A stretch of 62,761 nucleotides of DNA, filler included, from Coriobacteriales bacterium (lineage in GTDB: Bacteria; Actinomycetota; Coriobacteriia; Coriobacteriales; UBA8131), in NCBI GenBank assembly GCA_031263105.1. It is 5 parts of 5 records of this genome, joined end to end, with 100 filler letters (N's around TTAATTAATTAA, not from the genome) between each part and the next. Parts side by side here need not be neighbours in the genome. Positions count along the whole stretch, not along the records: positions 1 to 30,718 come from JAISGJ010000077.1; 4 more parts are not named here. The stretch is one strand, 5' to 3'. The position numbers were made by a program, and so were the translations under genes. The notes below the pieces were generated by a model. The model worked only from the letters and a program-made list of their open reading frames with translations, was not told where the DNA came from and ran no database searches. Each line of letters opens with the position of its first letter. Positions within the stretch are counted from its first letter, which is position 1. Positions 1-9,507 of the stretch are shown piece after piece.

Positions 1-212
1 AGAGGCCTTGCGCCGCAGGCCCAGCCGGGGCGCCTGCGCTCGATCGACAGCCCGAGGACAAGCCCGGCGGCCTCGGCGGCCAGGAACGCCAGCCTCCCCA
101 CGACAACGACCAGAAAGGCGGTATCCAGCGAATAGGCGAGGAAGGGGACGAAGAGCAGGCAGATGTGCCAGGCGAAGTAGCAGGCCTGGCTACAGAGGCG
201 CGGCGGAATCAC
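1..212 (-). CDS. 5' part of a probable membrane protein running off the window edge
   Basis: Open hydrophobic frame on the - strand (VIPPRL...YFAWHICLLFVPFLAYSLDTAFLVVVVGRLAFL...) with no stop before base 1; start codon uncertain. Confidence 0.3.
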   Translation of the reverse strand, partial: MIPPRLCSQACYFAWHICLLFVPFLAYSLDTAFLVVVVGRLAFLAAEAAGLVLGLSIERRRPGWACGARP

Positions 213-304
213 GTTCGACGGGGCATTCATGGCCACCACTGTACTGGATTAGAGGCAGCTCCGTGAAGGGGGTGCACTAAAAGACAGGTATCTCAGATCT
301 CTGA

Positions 305-1822
305 TTATCCCGTCATCTTCTCCACCAGGTCGAACAGTTCTTGCTTGGAATGGATGCCGAGCTTGTTGTAGATGTGCTTGATGTGAGTGTTCACGGTGTT
401 TCTTGAGATGAACAAGGTCTCACGAATATAGGGCACGTCTCTGCCTCTGACAAGAAAAACCAGCACCTCCTGCTCCCTGCGAGAGAGACCGTGCTGAGCA
501 CCGATTGCTATGCAGGTTGTATCCGGTTCGTTCCTTGCTGGGTAGCCGATTGTTTTCGCATCGTTTTCGCTGGATGGGCCTCCTGTTTCTGAGGCGCCAA
601 GCGCTGCCATGGCTGTGGTTATCAAAGCCAAGGCTATCAACGTAAATGCCATGCTCATGGGGGCTTCAGGGAGGAGCAGCATGAGAATAACTCCGATGAA
701 CCCGCCGGCCTGAACAGCAAACCTGAGTCTTCCGATTCCCGCTGTGCAGGTGAGCCTGTCCTCGCGGGTAAGCGACACGGCTGTAATCCAGGCATATGAA
801 TCAAAGCTGGTGAGCGCGACAAAACTCAAGATAAAGATCAGAACAGAAAACCTTTCGCCTGCTATTGGCGCAAGCAACAAGCTTGCGCAGCTGAGGGGCA
901 GAACTATTTGCAGGATTGAATGGGAGGATACTTTGCGAGAAAAAAAGAGGTAGACGATGACGGTAATCGCCGCCGCCGCAACGCCGATGCTAAAGACGGC
1001 AAGAAACATCCAGAGTGATTCTAGGATCGATGTCAGGGCATAATCGCGTGATACGGTGAATGCCACCCAAAACACTACAATCAGGAGCAAGAGTTTCCAA
1101 ACACGAGGCTTGCTTGCTTGATTGCCCGCTGGCCTGCTGACAGCCTTCGACTCGTTTTGAGATTTGGCGCTTCGTCTGATAAAGCGCCTCAAAAGGACGA
1201 GTGAGAGAAGAGGAAAGATTGCCGCAAGCGCTATGGACAGCCAGCCTGCGGTGAGGCACATAAACGCAGTTATGATCATCGAGATCAGTATGTTGAGAGG
1301 GATGACAATCTCAGCTTGCCCAGCGCTGACGCTTCTGAATGCGGAGCCCCAGGCGATAAGCAATGGCACGCTCCCCAGTCCGGCCACACCCGAGCCAACA
1401 CATCCCCCAATAATCAATTGCTGTTGAGTGCTGTTGCTGCCAAGAGCCATCAGGAGTGTGCCGAAAACCATGAGCAGTGCGGCGGCCAACTGCGTATGGC
1501 TGTTGAGCGCAAGCTCACCAAGCCGCCTTTCTGAGAAGATAAAGAAGCCAAAGCCTACAAACGCCCCAAGGTTAAAAAACAACCAATAGGAATTGAACAA
1601 TGACAACTCATGGAGGTCTTGCGGAGCAAAAGTCGCGGTGAAGAAAGACGAGTAAATCCAAGCGCAAAGAACCCCCATCCCTAAAGATGCGGGCTGAAAA
1701 CTCTCAAAGTTGAGCAAGAACGCAGGTCGTTTCATCCACTGTCCTTTGCGTGTGTCGGCAATTATAGCCTTCGCGGCATCACCATCGAATGGTGATTTTT
1801 GACTATTCGCAGCCAATGCCAT
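305..1822 (-). CDS. Membrane-bound LuxR-family transcriptional regulator (multi-TM sensor plus C-terminal HTH)
   Basis: About 12 hydrophobic segments, then LSRREQEVLVFLVRGRDVPYIRETLFISRNTVNTHIKHIYNKLG; divergent from the flavoprotein genes. Confidence 0.92.
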   Translation of the reverse strand: MALAANSQKSPFDGDAAKAIIADTRKGQWMKRPAFLLNFESFQPASLGMGVLCAWIYSSFFTATFAPQDLHELSLFNSYWLFFNLGAFVGFGFFIFSERRLGELALNSHTQLAAALLMVFGTLLMALGSNSTQQQLIIGGCVGSGVAGLGSVPLLIAWGSAFRSVSAGQAEIVIPLNILISMIITAFMCLTAGWLSIALAAIFPLLSLVLLRRFIRRSAKSQNESKAVSRPAGNQASKPRVWKLLLLIVVFWVAFTVSRDYALTSILESLWMFLAVFSIGVAAAAITVIVYLFFSRKVSSHSILQIVLPLSCASLLLAPIAGERFSVLIFILSFVALTSFDSYAWITAVSLTREDRLTCTAGIGRLRFAVQAGGFIGVILMLLLPEAPMSMAFTLIALALITTAMAALGASETGGPSSENDAKTIGYPARNEPDTTCIAIGAQHGLSRREQEVLVFLVRGRDVPYIRETLFISRNTVNTHIKHIYNKLGIHSKQELFDLVEKMTG

Positions 1823-1900
1823 GCGGATAGTGATTCATCCTGATGACTCGCTGCTTAAACTCTCCTTGTTTTGGCCCATTCAAATGATGAGGAGGAGAAA

Positions 1901-3559
1901 ATGAGGGAACGACAAATCGAGGATAAAGGAATGGACAGACGGGCATTCTTGTCGGGTGCGGGTGGCCTTGCGGCTGTTGGTCTGATCGGAGCATTGTCAG
2001 GCTGTGCTCCTCAAACATCGGGGCAATCCGCCGAATCCGAGAGGCTGGGCAGTTCAGGTTCCAGCGGTGCCGAAGGCTATGCCTGAGAAACACCGCCAGA
2101 GCCGATTACTGACATCGCTCGCACGGTTGAGACCGAGGTATTGGTTATCGGCGGTGGTATCGCTGGGTGCTGCACAGCCTGTTCGGCTGCCGAGAACGGA
2201 CTTAAGGTCAAGCTGGTTGAGAAAACCGAGGGTCTGGGCCTGCGTACCTATGTATTTGGTGCTTCGAACTCGCGCATGATGGAACAGCAAGACTCTACCG
2301 TTGACAAAGCCTTCGCTCAGGAAGAATGGAACCGCACCTGCGGCAATCGTGCCAACGAAAAACTGGTGACCAAGTTTATGGACGCCAGTCCCGATGCCAT
2401 CAACTGGGTATTGGACAAGGCTGATGCCAACGGCGCCTTGACCGTTCTCTCCGGCAACCATGCCATCAAAAGCAAGACCTATCCCGAGGCGCAATGTGCG
2501 CATATGGTTCTCTCGATGATAGATGGCGTGATGCAGCCGGACATCAACGCTGTCGGCAATTGGATGAGAGCAGACGCCGAAGCCAGGGGAACCGAGTTCA
2601 TTTTCAGCAGCCCAGCTGTGCAGTTGGTGCAAGATGGTGCCAAGGTGGTTGGTGCCATCTGTGAAACCGAAGAAGGCTACGTGCGGTACAGCGCCAGCAA
2701 AGCCGTCGTCTTGGCCACCGGCGACATCGGCGGCAACTTGGATATGGTCGAGGCCTATGCTCCGATAGCTGCACCGTTGGTAGAGAACGGTCGCAACATC
2801 TATTTCCCCATCGGTGCCAACACCGGTGATGGTCTGAAGATGGGACTTTGGGTTGGTGCCCAACTGCCAAACCTGCCGCTCCCAACCATGATGCATCCCC
2901 AACAGTATTGTCAGATGTCGCCCGGATGCTTCCCCGCAGTCAACTACGAGGGCGAGCGCTTCTTCAACGAGGGCATCTGGATGCAAGGGCGCACCCTGAA
3001 CATCATGAAACAGACCGATTATTCCTGTTATTGGATTCTCGACAGCAACTGGCATGATTATTACCTGGAAAGCCTGGAGGCCGGCGGAGGCGGTGTGTTC
3101 TGGGACGGGTTCGAGGACAAAGACGCAGCTATGGGCCAGATCCAGGGCTATATTGACTCGAAAATCGCATGGCAGGCCGACACTCTCGAAGACCTTGCAA
3201 CGGCCATGGATGTCGATCCTGCTACGTTCAGGGGCACCATGGATCGCTATAACGGTTTTTGCGCCGCTGGCGAAGATGCCGATTTCCGTAAACCGGTTGA
3301 GCAGCTCAAGCCAGCCAAAGACGGCCCATTCATTGGGTTGAAGGTTGGCGCCTCGCTCCTCACTGTTCCCGGCAGCTTGAAAGTCAATGTTGACAGCCAG
3401 GTGTTGAACAAAGACGGGGGAGTCATTGAGGGCCTTTATGCCGTCGGCAACGTACAGGGCGAGCTGTTTGCAAACGACTATCCGCTCTACATAGTCGGCT
3501 GCTCACACGGGCGCTGCATGACATTTGGCTACGAACTGGGCAAGTACCTGAAGGCATAG
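1901..3559 (+). pseudogene. Tat-exported FAD-dependent oxidoreductase (flavocytochrome c / FAD_binding_2) interrupted by an in-frame TGA at 2084-2086
   Basis: SD GGAGGAG and ATG 1901; Tat motif DRRAFL and lipobox LSGC; the same frame continues ...GYA*ETPPEPITDIARTVETEVLVIGGGIAG to 3559; VLATGD and GLYAVGN motifs. Confidence 0.85.
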
Positions 3560-3609
3560 CTGACGTAATGACCAACTGATAGAGGAAAAATAGGAAGGTG
3601 AACTAAAAC

Positions 3610-5457
3610 ATGAAAGAGAGCGAGAAAAATCAATACAGTATCGACCGGAGGACGTTTTTGTCCGGTGCAGGCGTTTTGGCTGCTGCTGGAATCGTCGGAA
3701 CGGTTGCGGGATGCTCGCCTCAAGCTGCTGGCAGCGGCACTGAATCGGGTTCTGACGATGCCAACACCGATGTCACAAGCTCAGGTATATCCTCCGGCGG
3801 GGTTGCCGCAGACAGCACGCTGCCCTGGCTTCCCGCAGAACCCCAAATTGCCGATGTGGACATTGAGGAGGAGGTCGATGTCGATGTCGTCGTCTGCGGT
3901 CTTGGCACGGCAGGTGTGGCTGCTTTTCGCTCCGCCGCAGAGGAAGGTGCACGGGTCGCGGCCTTTGAAAAGGCCGATTCGCCACAGGCGCGCAGCGGTG
4001 AGTACGCCGTCGTCAATGGCGACATGATGAAAGAATGGGGGCGCGATGGTCTTGACCCCGATTACATCACCGAACACGAGATGGATGAGATGGCCTATCT
4101 TGCCAAGCGAGCCATCCTTTCCAGATGGGCAAAGAACAATGCACCTGTGTTTGACTGGTGGCTCAATGTCAAGCCGGGCATCTATATCGCTTCGGACTCC
4201 TTCTCCGAAATCCCCGAATCTGAGCGCGACCTGTATATCTCGCCCACCTACCTGCCGCTGCCGGAGGCGTATCACTGGCAAGAGGAGCGGCATCCGAGCA
4301 TCCCGGCGTCATTGCGTGTCGAGCCCGAGAACAAGGTGCTCCTTGATAAGAACATGGAGTTCGTTGCTGGTCAATACAACGATGCCATTCCCTACTATGG
4401 TCATTTTGTTGAGAAGCTCATCATGGACGGAGGCCGCTGCGTGGGTTGCTATGTGCGCAATGCCGCCAGCGGCGCGTACAAGAAGGTGGTAGCCCGTAAG
4501 GGCGTTGTTTTGTCGTGTGGGGAGTATTCCAGTAATTTGGACATCCTCAACTACTATTGCCCGGAGGTCGCCGAGAACGGTGTGCCCAACCTTTGGATCA
4601 ACTTTGATGTTGAGGGCAACCCCACCAATACTGGCGATGGTCTGAAGATGGGCGCTTGGATTGGAGCCGCCATCCAGCAGCATCACGCCCCGATGATCCA
4701 CTGGATGGGCGCCAACAAGGGAAACACTGCCGATCAGGGCACCAGCGGTCTCGACATTCAGGCTTCGGTCAGCGGTATTATGGGGACTTCTCCGTTTATC
4801 CAGCTCAATAAGTTTGGCAAGCGCTATATGAACGAGGACGTGCCCGGGCAACAGATAGAGAATCAACTGGAAATGCAGCCCGACAGAACCACTTGGATGA
4901 TCTGGGATTCCAAATGGGCCGAGCAGGTGCCCTTCTTTCCTGCCTCGCATGGCAACATCTGCTATGTGATGGGCGAAAAGCCTGCAAGCAACAATCCCGA
5001 TGGCGCTCTGACACGAAAAGAGCTTGATGATGCGGTCGCGGGTGGGAGCTGTTTTAAGGCGGATAGTTTGGAGGAACTGCTGCAGGCGTTGGGCGGCGGT
5101 ATCGACGTTGACGAGGCCCTGAAATCCATCGAGCGTTACAGCGCGCTCGCTCGCAGCGGCTATGACGAAGACTTTGGCAAGAAAGCCTCCCGGATGTTTC
5201 CTCTTGAGAACCCGCCGTACTATGGTGCCAGCGGCGGCGTCTCGCCTTTGCTTGTCTGTCTCGGCGGTCTGGAAAGCGACGAGGAGTGCCGCGTGTACAA
5301 CAACGAGCGCGAGGTCATTCCTGGTCTGTACGCAGCCGGAAACATCCAGGGCAACCGCTATGCCGTGCAGTACCCCATAGCATTCAAGGGTCTCAGCCAC
5401 TCGCTGTGTATGTACTACGGCTACGTTGCTGGCAAGAATGCGGTCAATGGGGTATAG
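3610..5457 (+). CDS. Tat-exported FAD-dependent oxidoreductase (flavocytochrome c flavoprotein family)
   Basis: DRRTFL Tat motif, VAGC lipobox, VVCGLGTAG FAD-binding motif, NTGDG, GLYAAGN. Confidence 0.92.
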   Translation: MKESEKNQYSIDRRTFLSGAGVLAAAGIVGTVAGCSPQAAGSGTESGSDDANTDVTSSGISSGGVAADSTLPWLPAEPQIADVDIEEEVDVDVVVCGLGTAGVAAFRSAAEEGARVAAFEKADSPQARSGEYAVVNGDMMKEWGRDGLDPDYITEHEMDEMAYLAKRAILSRWAKNNAPVFDWWLNVKPGIYIASDSFSEIPESERDLYISPTYLPLPEAYHWQEERHPSIPASLRVEPENKVLLDKNMEFVAGQYNDAIPYYGHFVEKLIMDGGRCVGCYVRNAASGAYKKVVARKGVVLSCGEYSSNLDILNYYCPEVAENGVPNLWINFDVEGNPTNTGDGLKMGAWIGAAIQQHHAPMIHWMGANKGNTADQGTSGLDIQASVSGIMGTSPFIQLNKFGKRYMNEDVPGQQIENQLEMQPDRTTWMIWDSKWAEQVPFFPASHGNICYVMGEKPASNNPDGALTRKELDDAVAGGSCFKADSLEELLQALGGGIDVDEALKSIERYSALARSGYDEDFGKKASRMFPLENPPYYGASGGVSPLLVCLGGLESDEECRVYNNEREVIPGLYAAGNIQGNRYAVQYPIAFKGLSHSLCMYYGYVAGKNAVNGV

Positions 5458-5518
5458 GTATTCGGGAGGATTGGCGGTTCTAGCGCCTGCGCTCACCCGT
5501 GTCATCCAGATAGTCCGT

Positions 5519-5677
5519 CTACGGCCCAACCAATCGACCGAGCACATAGACTGCCTCGGCTATCACCTCGACCGGTATTGAGACAGTGCCGAAGTCCAAG
5601 ACGGCCTTTGCTTCGTTGGGCTGTTCTTCGACATCGTTGAGGATATATCGAAGGAGGCAGCCGGCATCAGCTATCTG
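5519..5677 (-). pseudogene. Truncated PIN-domain (VapC-like) toxin remnant
   Basis: Manual translation QIADAGCLLRYILNDVEEQPNEAKAVLDFGTVSIPVEVIAEAVYVLGRLVGP* resembles a PIN N-terminus (DANxxLRY...VIAEvvYVL); no start codon, only 52 sense codons. Confidence 0.6.
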
Positions 5678-5882
5678 TCTGTTTGCCTGTCACCGCTTTC
5701 GCAAAAGCGCCTTTCTCCAAATCAATGAGGCCTGGTCTCACGTAGCCGTGCAGCGAGCCGAAGGCTGTGTGCCGCTTCTTCGGTCGGGCTTGCTGTTCGG
5801 CATGTGGGAACACCACGACCTCGACCTTCCTGTTCCTGAAAGATGCTGGCAAAGGGATTATCGGTTCCAGCATACTGCTCAA
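5667..5882 (-). CDS. Small antitoxin-like protein upstream of the PIN remnant
   Basis: 71 aa with IPLPASFRNRKVEVVVFP...AFGSLHGY pattern; overlaps the start of the PIN frame. Confidence 0.55.
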   Translation of the reverse strand: MSSMLEPIIPLPASFRNRKVEVVVFPHAEQQARPKKRHTAFGSLHGYVRPGLIDLEKGAFAKAVTGKQTDS

Positions 5883-6067
5883 GCTCCCCGCAGGGACGGT
5901 CGCTCCTCTGTCCCCCTGACATGTCGGGCAGGGCAGCCCCTTGGCCGTCTCAGCGATCGTCGGGGTGCCTCAGGGCGTTCTGTTCAACCGACAGACAATT
6001 TGGCAAGATGCAAGACCCGCACCTCTTGATTTGGTGCACGCACGAGCTGTGGCGACGCGACGACGAC

Positions 6068-6096
6068 TTGTCTGTCGAGATAACGGATAGTATAAT
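6068..6096 (+). promoter_or_regulatory. Sigma70-type promoter, probably giving a leaderless mRNA for the DUF4417 gene
   Basis: TTGTCT-N17-TATAAT; ATG lies 7 nt after the -10 box and has no SD. Confidence 0.65.
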
Positions 6097-6103
6097 TCCC
6101 CCC

Positions 6104-6748
6104 ATGCAAACACTGGAAGAGACACTCGAGCCCTTTTTCATCAAACGCTTCCCTACAAGCGGAAGGTTCGGCATGCCGCTGGTTTGCAGGCAAGACATCA
6201 TGTTGGAGGATTTTAAGCTCATCAGGTTCAGCAGCATCGTGAAAGCCGAGACGCAGGATACCGATGCCACCGTTCACTTCTTTGAGTACGACAACCGTTT
6301 TGACGAGGTCTGGAAAAAACCTGAAGCCTATGTCGGAGAGCTGGGCCAGTATCGTCAGGTTATGACGCCAGACTTCAGCCTTTACTCCGGCATCGTGCCT
6401 GCGCTTCAGATATTCAATACCTTCAAGAATCGCTGGTGCGGCGCTTTGTGGCAAAGTATGGGCCTTACGGTGATCCCCTCGGTGTCATGGAACGACAAGA
6501 GCAGCTTCGATTTTTGCTTCGATGGCATAGAGGAAGGTGCAGTAGTTGCAGTTTCCACGCTCGGCACTGAATCCCATAGATGGTCTTTCATGAGGGGTTT
6601 CCAAGCCATGAGCGAGAGAATCCATCCCAGGATCGTTGTCTGCTACGGTGAGGCATACGACGAGATGTACGAGTATGCGGACTTTATCGAAGTGCCATAC
6701 CAGAGAACCCGGCGCGTAGCTCAGGCAACAAGAGTCGTCGGGGCCTGA
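6104..6748 (+). CDS. DUF4417 domain-containing protein
   Basis: VHFFEYDNRF, VMTPDFSLY, NRWCGALWQ, VIPSVSW, FCFDG and VAVST motifs. Confidence 0.85.
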   Translation: MQTLEETLEPFFIKRFPTSGRFGMPLVCRQDIMLEDFKLIRFSSIVKAETQDTDATVHFFEYDNRFDEVWKKPEAYVGELGQYRQVMTPDFSLYSGIVPALQIFNTFKNRWCGALWQSMGLTVIPSVSWNDKSSFDFCFDGIEEGAVVAVSTLGTESHRWSFMRGFQAMSERIHPRIVVCYGEAYDEMYEYADFIEVPYQRTRRVAQATRVVGA

Positions 6749-6751
6749 CCC

Positions 6752-7063
6752 ATGGGCGGAAGAAGCGTTTTCCCGCATGTCCAGAGCAATGTCTTTCCTG
6801 CAAACTACCCTCAAATCAAGCATATTTTTAGCGAGCGGGAGGGGCATGTTCCAGACAACGCCTCGAACCGCGAGTTGATACTGACAACTGCCAACGACAA
6901 TAAGAACTACAGAGGCTCAAAGCCTAACGGCAACAGGTGGTATGTCAAGGATATCGGCGACAACAAGCAGGTCTGGGTGGAGGTCAGGCAAGGCATCGTC
7001 CAGAACGCGGGGGTAAATGCGCCGCCTAGGACAGACTGGACCTTCTTGGAGGCTAAATCATGA
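6752..7063 (+). CDS. Small putative nuclease toxin (polymorphic-toxin tip-like)
   Basis: QIKHIF..EGH.PD...NR...GNRWY...QVWVEVRQG.VQNAGVN.PPR resembles Rhs/CDI-type C-terminal toxin tips (recalled similarity). Confidence 0.55.
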   Translation: MGGRSVFPHVQSNVFPANYPQIKHIFSEREGHVPDNASNRELILTTANDNKNYRGSKPNGNRWYVKDIGDNKQVWVEVRQGIVQNAGVNAPPRTDWTFLEAKS

Positions 7064-7422
7064 ACAGTGTGGATGCGTATTTGCAGGTCTACAAGGTATT
7101 GGAGGAGTATTACTTCTCTACAGATGAGTACTATGACAACCTTGGCGCGATGCTAGGGGACATGGACACGACGGTCTGGGTTCCTGCGGAGGGAGAAGCA
7201 CTCGTCTCCGGCGATCCTGCGGTATTCGCGGAGGATTGGACCAACGCTTGGAAGCGCATTGTCGGGGAGGGCGGCAACGGCACCGAGAGACAGGTGTTCT
7301 GGGTGGCGAAGAATCTGCTCGATTACTACACACAGCAGGTCGACTATGACCTTGGCGATGCCGAGACTTATCTGAAGGAGCGGCTGGGCTTGGTTAGGAT
7401 GCGGGAACACAAGGCAAGCTGA
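7060..7422 (+). CDS. Acidic putative immunity protein
   Basis: ATGA overlap with the putative toxin; LEEYY...LGAMLGDM...GDPAVFAEDW pattern resembles immunity proteins. Confidence 0.5.
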   Translation: MNSVDAYLQVYKVLEEYYFSTDEYYDNLGAMLGDMDTTVWVPAEGEALVSGDPAVFAEDWTNAWKRIVGEGGNGTERQVFWVAKNLLDYYTQQVDYDLGDAETYLKERLGLVRMREHKAS

Positions 7423-7423
7423 T

Positions 7424-7560
7424 GGTCTCCTGTTTCTCTAGTTTCTGGCAGATGTGTTTCACGCGCGTACTTACGGTTGAGCGCGACAGCCAGAGCTGCT
7501 CTCTGACGTATGGCTCAGTTCGGCCTTTAGCCAGATAACCGAGGATTTCAGCCTCTCGGG
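7424..7560 (-). pseudogene. Remnant of a LuxR HTH domain
   Basis: REAEILGYLAKGRTEPYVREQLWLSRSTVSTRVKHICQKL with no upstream sensor domain. Confidence 0.7.
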
Positions 7561-7610
7561 CACAGTCTGCCGTATAGGAGTCCTGTGCGAGGTGCCGAGG
7601 CCCTGTTGTG

Positions 7611-8882
7611 TCAGCCTCCCGGCGATTCGTCAGGCGTCTCGCTTGAGAGCAACTCGACGAGCAGGTCGATGTCTGCCTTGGAGTTGGAGTGCCAGAGTCC
7701 GACGCGAAAGGTGCTCCTGTGCAGAGGAGGAGGGACGCCTGCCAGCTCCAGCACCAACGGGTGCTTCCTGCGCCAGGTTCCTGCAGGGACGGTCGTGTGG
7801 TTGGACGTGCAGGCCGCTGCTGCCGAGACGAAGACATCGTGGCTGTCAAGGAGCCTCAGGGCCTGTTCGTTCTGGATGCCCGGCAACGTGAAGTTCACGA
7901 TATACGGCGACCCGCTGGGCAGCGAGTTCACCCGGAGCTGCGGGAAGCGCCCGCTCAGGCGTTCCAGCAGGTATGCCTTAAGCGCCGTCACGTGGGCATG
8001 CGTCTGTTCGCGCTGTGACATCGTGAGCTCCACGGCCTTCGCAAAGCCCGCGATCAGCGGCAGCGGCTCGGTGCCGGAGCGCAGGCCGCGCTCCTGCCCG
8101 CCGCCGAAGGCGGTCGTGAACAGCGGCGTGCCCGCCTCGACATAGAGTGCGCCGACGCCTTTGGGGCCGCCGATCTTGTGCGCACTGATGCTTGCCATCT
8201 GGGCTCCGAGCTCTTTAGGTCTGAAGTCGAGCTTGCCGAAGGCCTGCACGGCATCGACATGCAGGAGCGCTTGGGGCGCGTGCTCGTCGCGCAGGCGCGC
8301 GACCTTCTCGGTGGGATAGAGCCATCCGAGCTCGTTGTGGACGCGCATCATCGTCACGAGGGCCGTCCTGCCGTCGAGCAGGCCCCTGAGCTGCTCGAGG
8401 TCGAGATGTCCGTCCCTCATGTCCACGTAGCCGACGTCCCAGCCTGTGCGCTTGAGGCCGCGCACGGTCTTGGTCACAGAGGGATGCTCGAGCGTCGAGG
8501 TGACGAGGGCGCCCGCCGCAAGGCCGTGTGGCGGGCCGCAGGCAGGGCCGTGCAACGGGCCACAGGCATGGCCGCAGGCCCGGTCGAGCGTGCGGCCATG
8601 GGCCAGACAGGCACCGGAGATGGCAAGGTTGTTGGCCTCGGTGCCGCCCGAGGTGAAGTAGACCTCGGGCGGCTCGACGCCAAGGGCATCGGCGATACGC
8701 GCACGGCTCTGTTCGAGGACGGCCTTTGCGTCTTTGCCCTTGTGGTGGACAGAAGAGGGGTTCCCCCAGTTCTCGGCCAGCGCCTCGGCGACGGCATCGA
8801 CGACCTCGGGGTAGGGCCTCGTGGTCGCCGCGTTGTCAAGGTAGGTCTCTGCCTGCGCTCCGGGGGTGCGATCCAAGGACAC
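7611..8882 (-). CDS. Cysteine desulfurase (IscS/NifS-like, PLP-dependent)
   Basis: YLDNAATT, WGNPSS, FTSGGTEANN, HVDAVQ, SAHKIGGPKGVG, RSGT and variant catalytic loop VSAAAACTS; start GTG 8882 or TTG 8876. Confidence 0.9.
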   Translation of the reverse strand: MSLDRTPGAQAETYLDNAATTRPYPEVVDAVAEALAENWGNPSSVHHKGKDAKAVLEQSRARIADALGVEPPEVYFTSGGTEANNLAISGACLAHGRTLDRACGHACGPLHGPACGPPHGLAAGALVTSTLEHPSVTKTVRGLKRTGWDVGYVDMRDGHLDLEQLRGLLDGRTALVTMMRVHNELGWLYPTEKVARLRDEHAPQALLHVDAVQAFGKLDFRPKELGAQMASISAHKIGGPKGVGALYVEAGTPLFTTAFGGGQERGLRSGTEPLPLIAGFAKAVELTMSQREQTHAHVTALKAYLLERLSGRFPQLRVNSLPSGSPYIVNFTLPGIQNEQALRLLDSHDVFVSAAAACTSNHTTVPAGTWRRKHPLVLELAGVPPPLHRSTFRVGLWHSNSKADIDLLVELLSSETPDESPGG

Positions 8883-8896
8883 TTCTCGAAGCGTCC

Positions 8897-9493
8897 TTAT
8901 ACCACCGGCAGATAGAAGACACGTGGCCCGGTGCCTGCATCTTTCAGGTACACGTCGCCGCCGCGCTCTTGTGCCATGCGCCTCATGTCCTCGAGCTCGC
9001 CGAAGTGGCGCGCCTCGGCCATGCAGGCCTTCACGCAGACGGGGTCGGGCGTCCCGCCGCCGCTGTGCTGGATGCAGAAGTCGCATTTGTCGACCGCCTT
9101 GGCGGGCATGTCCGCATAGGCGAGCTCCTCGTACTCGTTGAGGCCGTCCTCGAAGTACCCGCCCTCCTCGATATAGTAGCGCGCCTCGTAGGGGCAGGCG
9201 TCCATGCAGAGCTTGCAGCCGATGCACTTCTCCTTGTCCATGACGACGATGCCGTCCTCCTCGCGCGCATAGGTCGCCTCGACCGGGCAGACCGCCACGC
9301 ACGGCGGGTTCTCGCACATCATGCAGAGCATGGGACGGATGACACGTTTCGCGTCGGGGTAGCTCCCCTCGGACGAGCGCACGACCTTCGAGCGGGTCAC
9401 GCCGGGAGGCGTGCCGTTGGAGCCCTTGCAGGCGACCGAGCAGCCGTGGCAGCCGACGCACTTCTCAAGATCGATGACAAAGCCATATGCCAT
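8897..9493 (-). CDS. 4Fe-4S dicluster electron-transfer subunit (DmsB-like)
   Basis: MAYGFVIDLEKCVGCHGCSVAC, CMMCENPPCVAVCP, CIGCKLCMDACP, KCDFC. Confidence 0.93.
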   Translation of the reverse strand: MAYGFVIDLEKCVGCHGCSVACKGSNGTPPGVTRSKVVRSSEGSYPDAKRVIRPMLCMMCENPPCVAVCPVEATYAREEDGIVVMDKEKCIGCKLCMDACPYEARYYIEEGGYFEDGLNEYEELAYADMPAKAVDKCDFCIQHSGGGTPDPVCVKACMAEARHFGELEDMRRMAQERGGDVYLKDAGTGPRVFYLPVV

Positions 9494-9507
9494 GAGGATC
9501 AGCCTCC

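Noticed and set aside
8883..9461. Long N-terminal extension of the cysteine desulfurase in the ORF track
   Set aside because: It overlaps the Fe-S gene in another frame; homology starts near 8880
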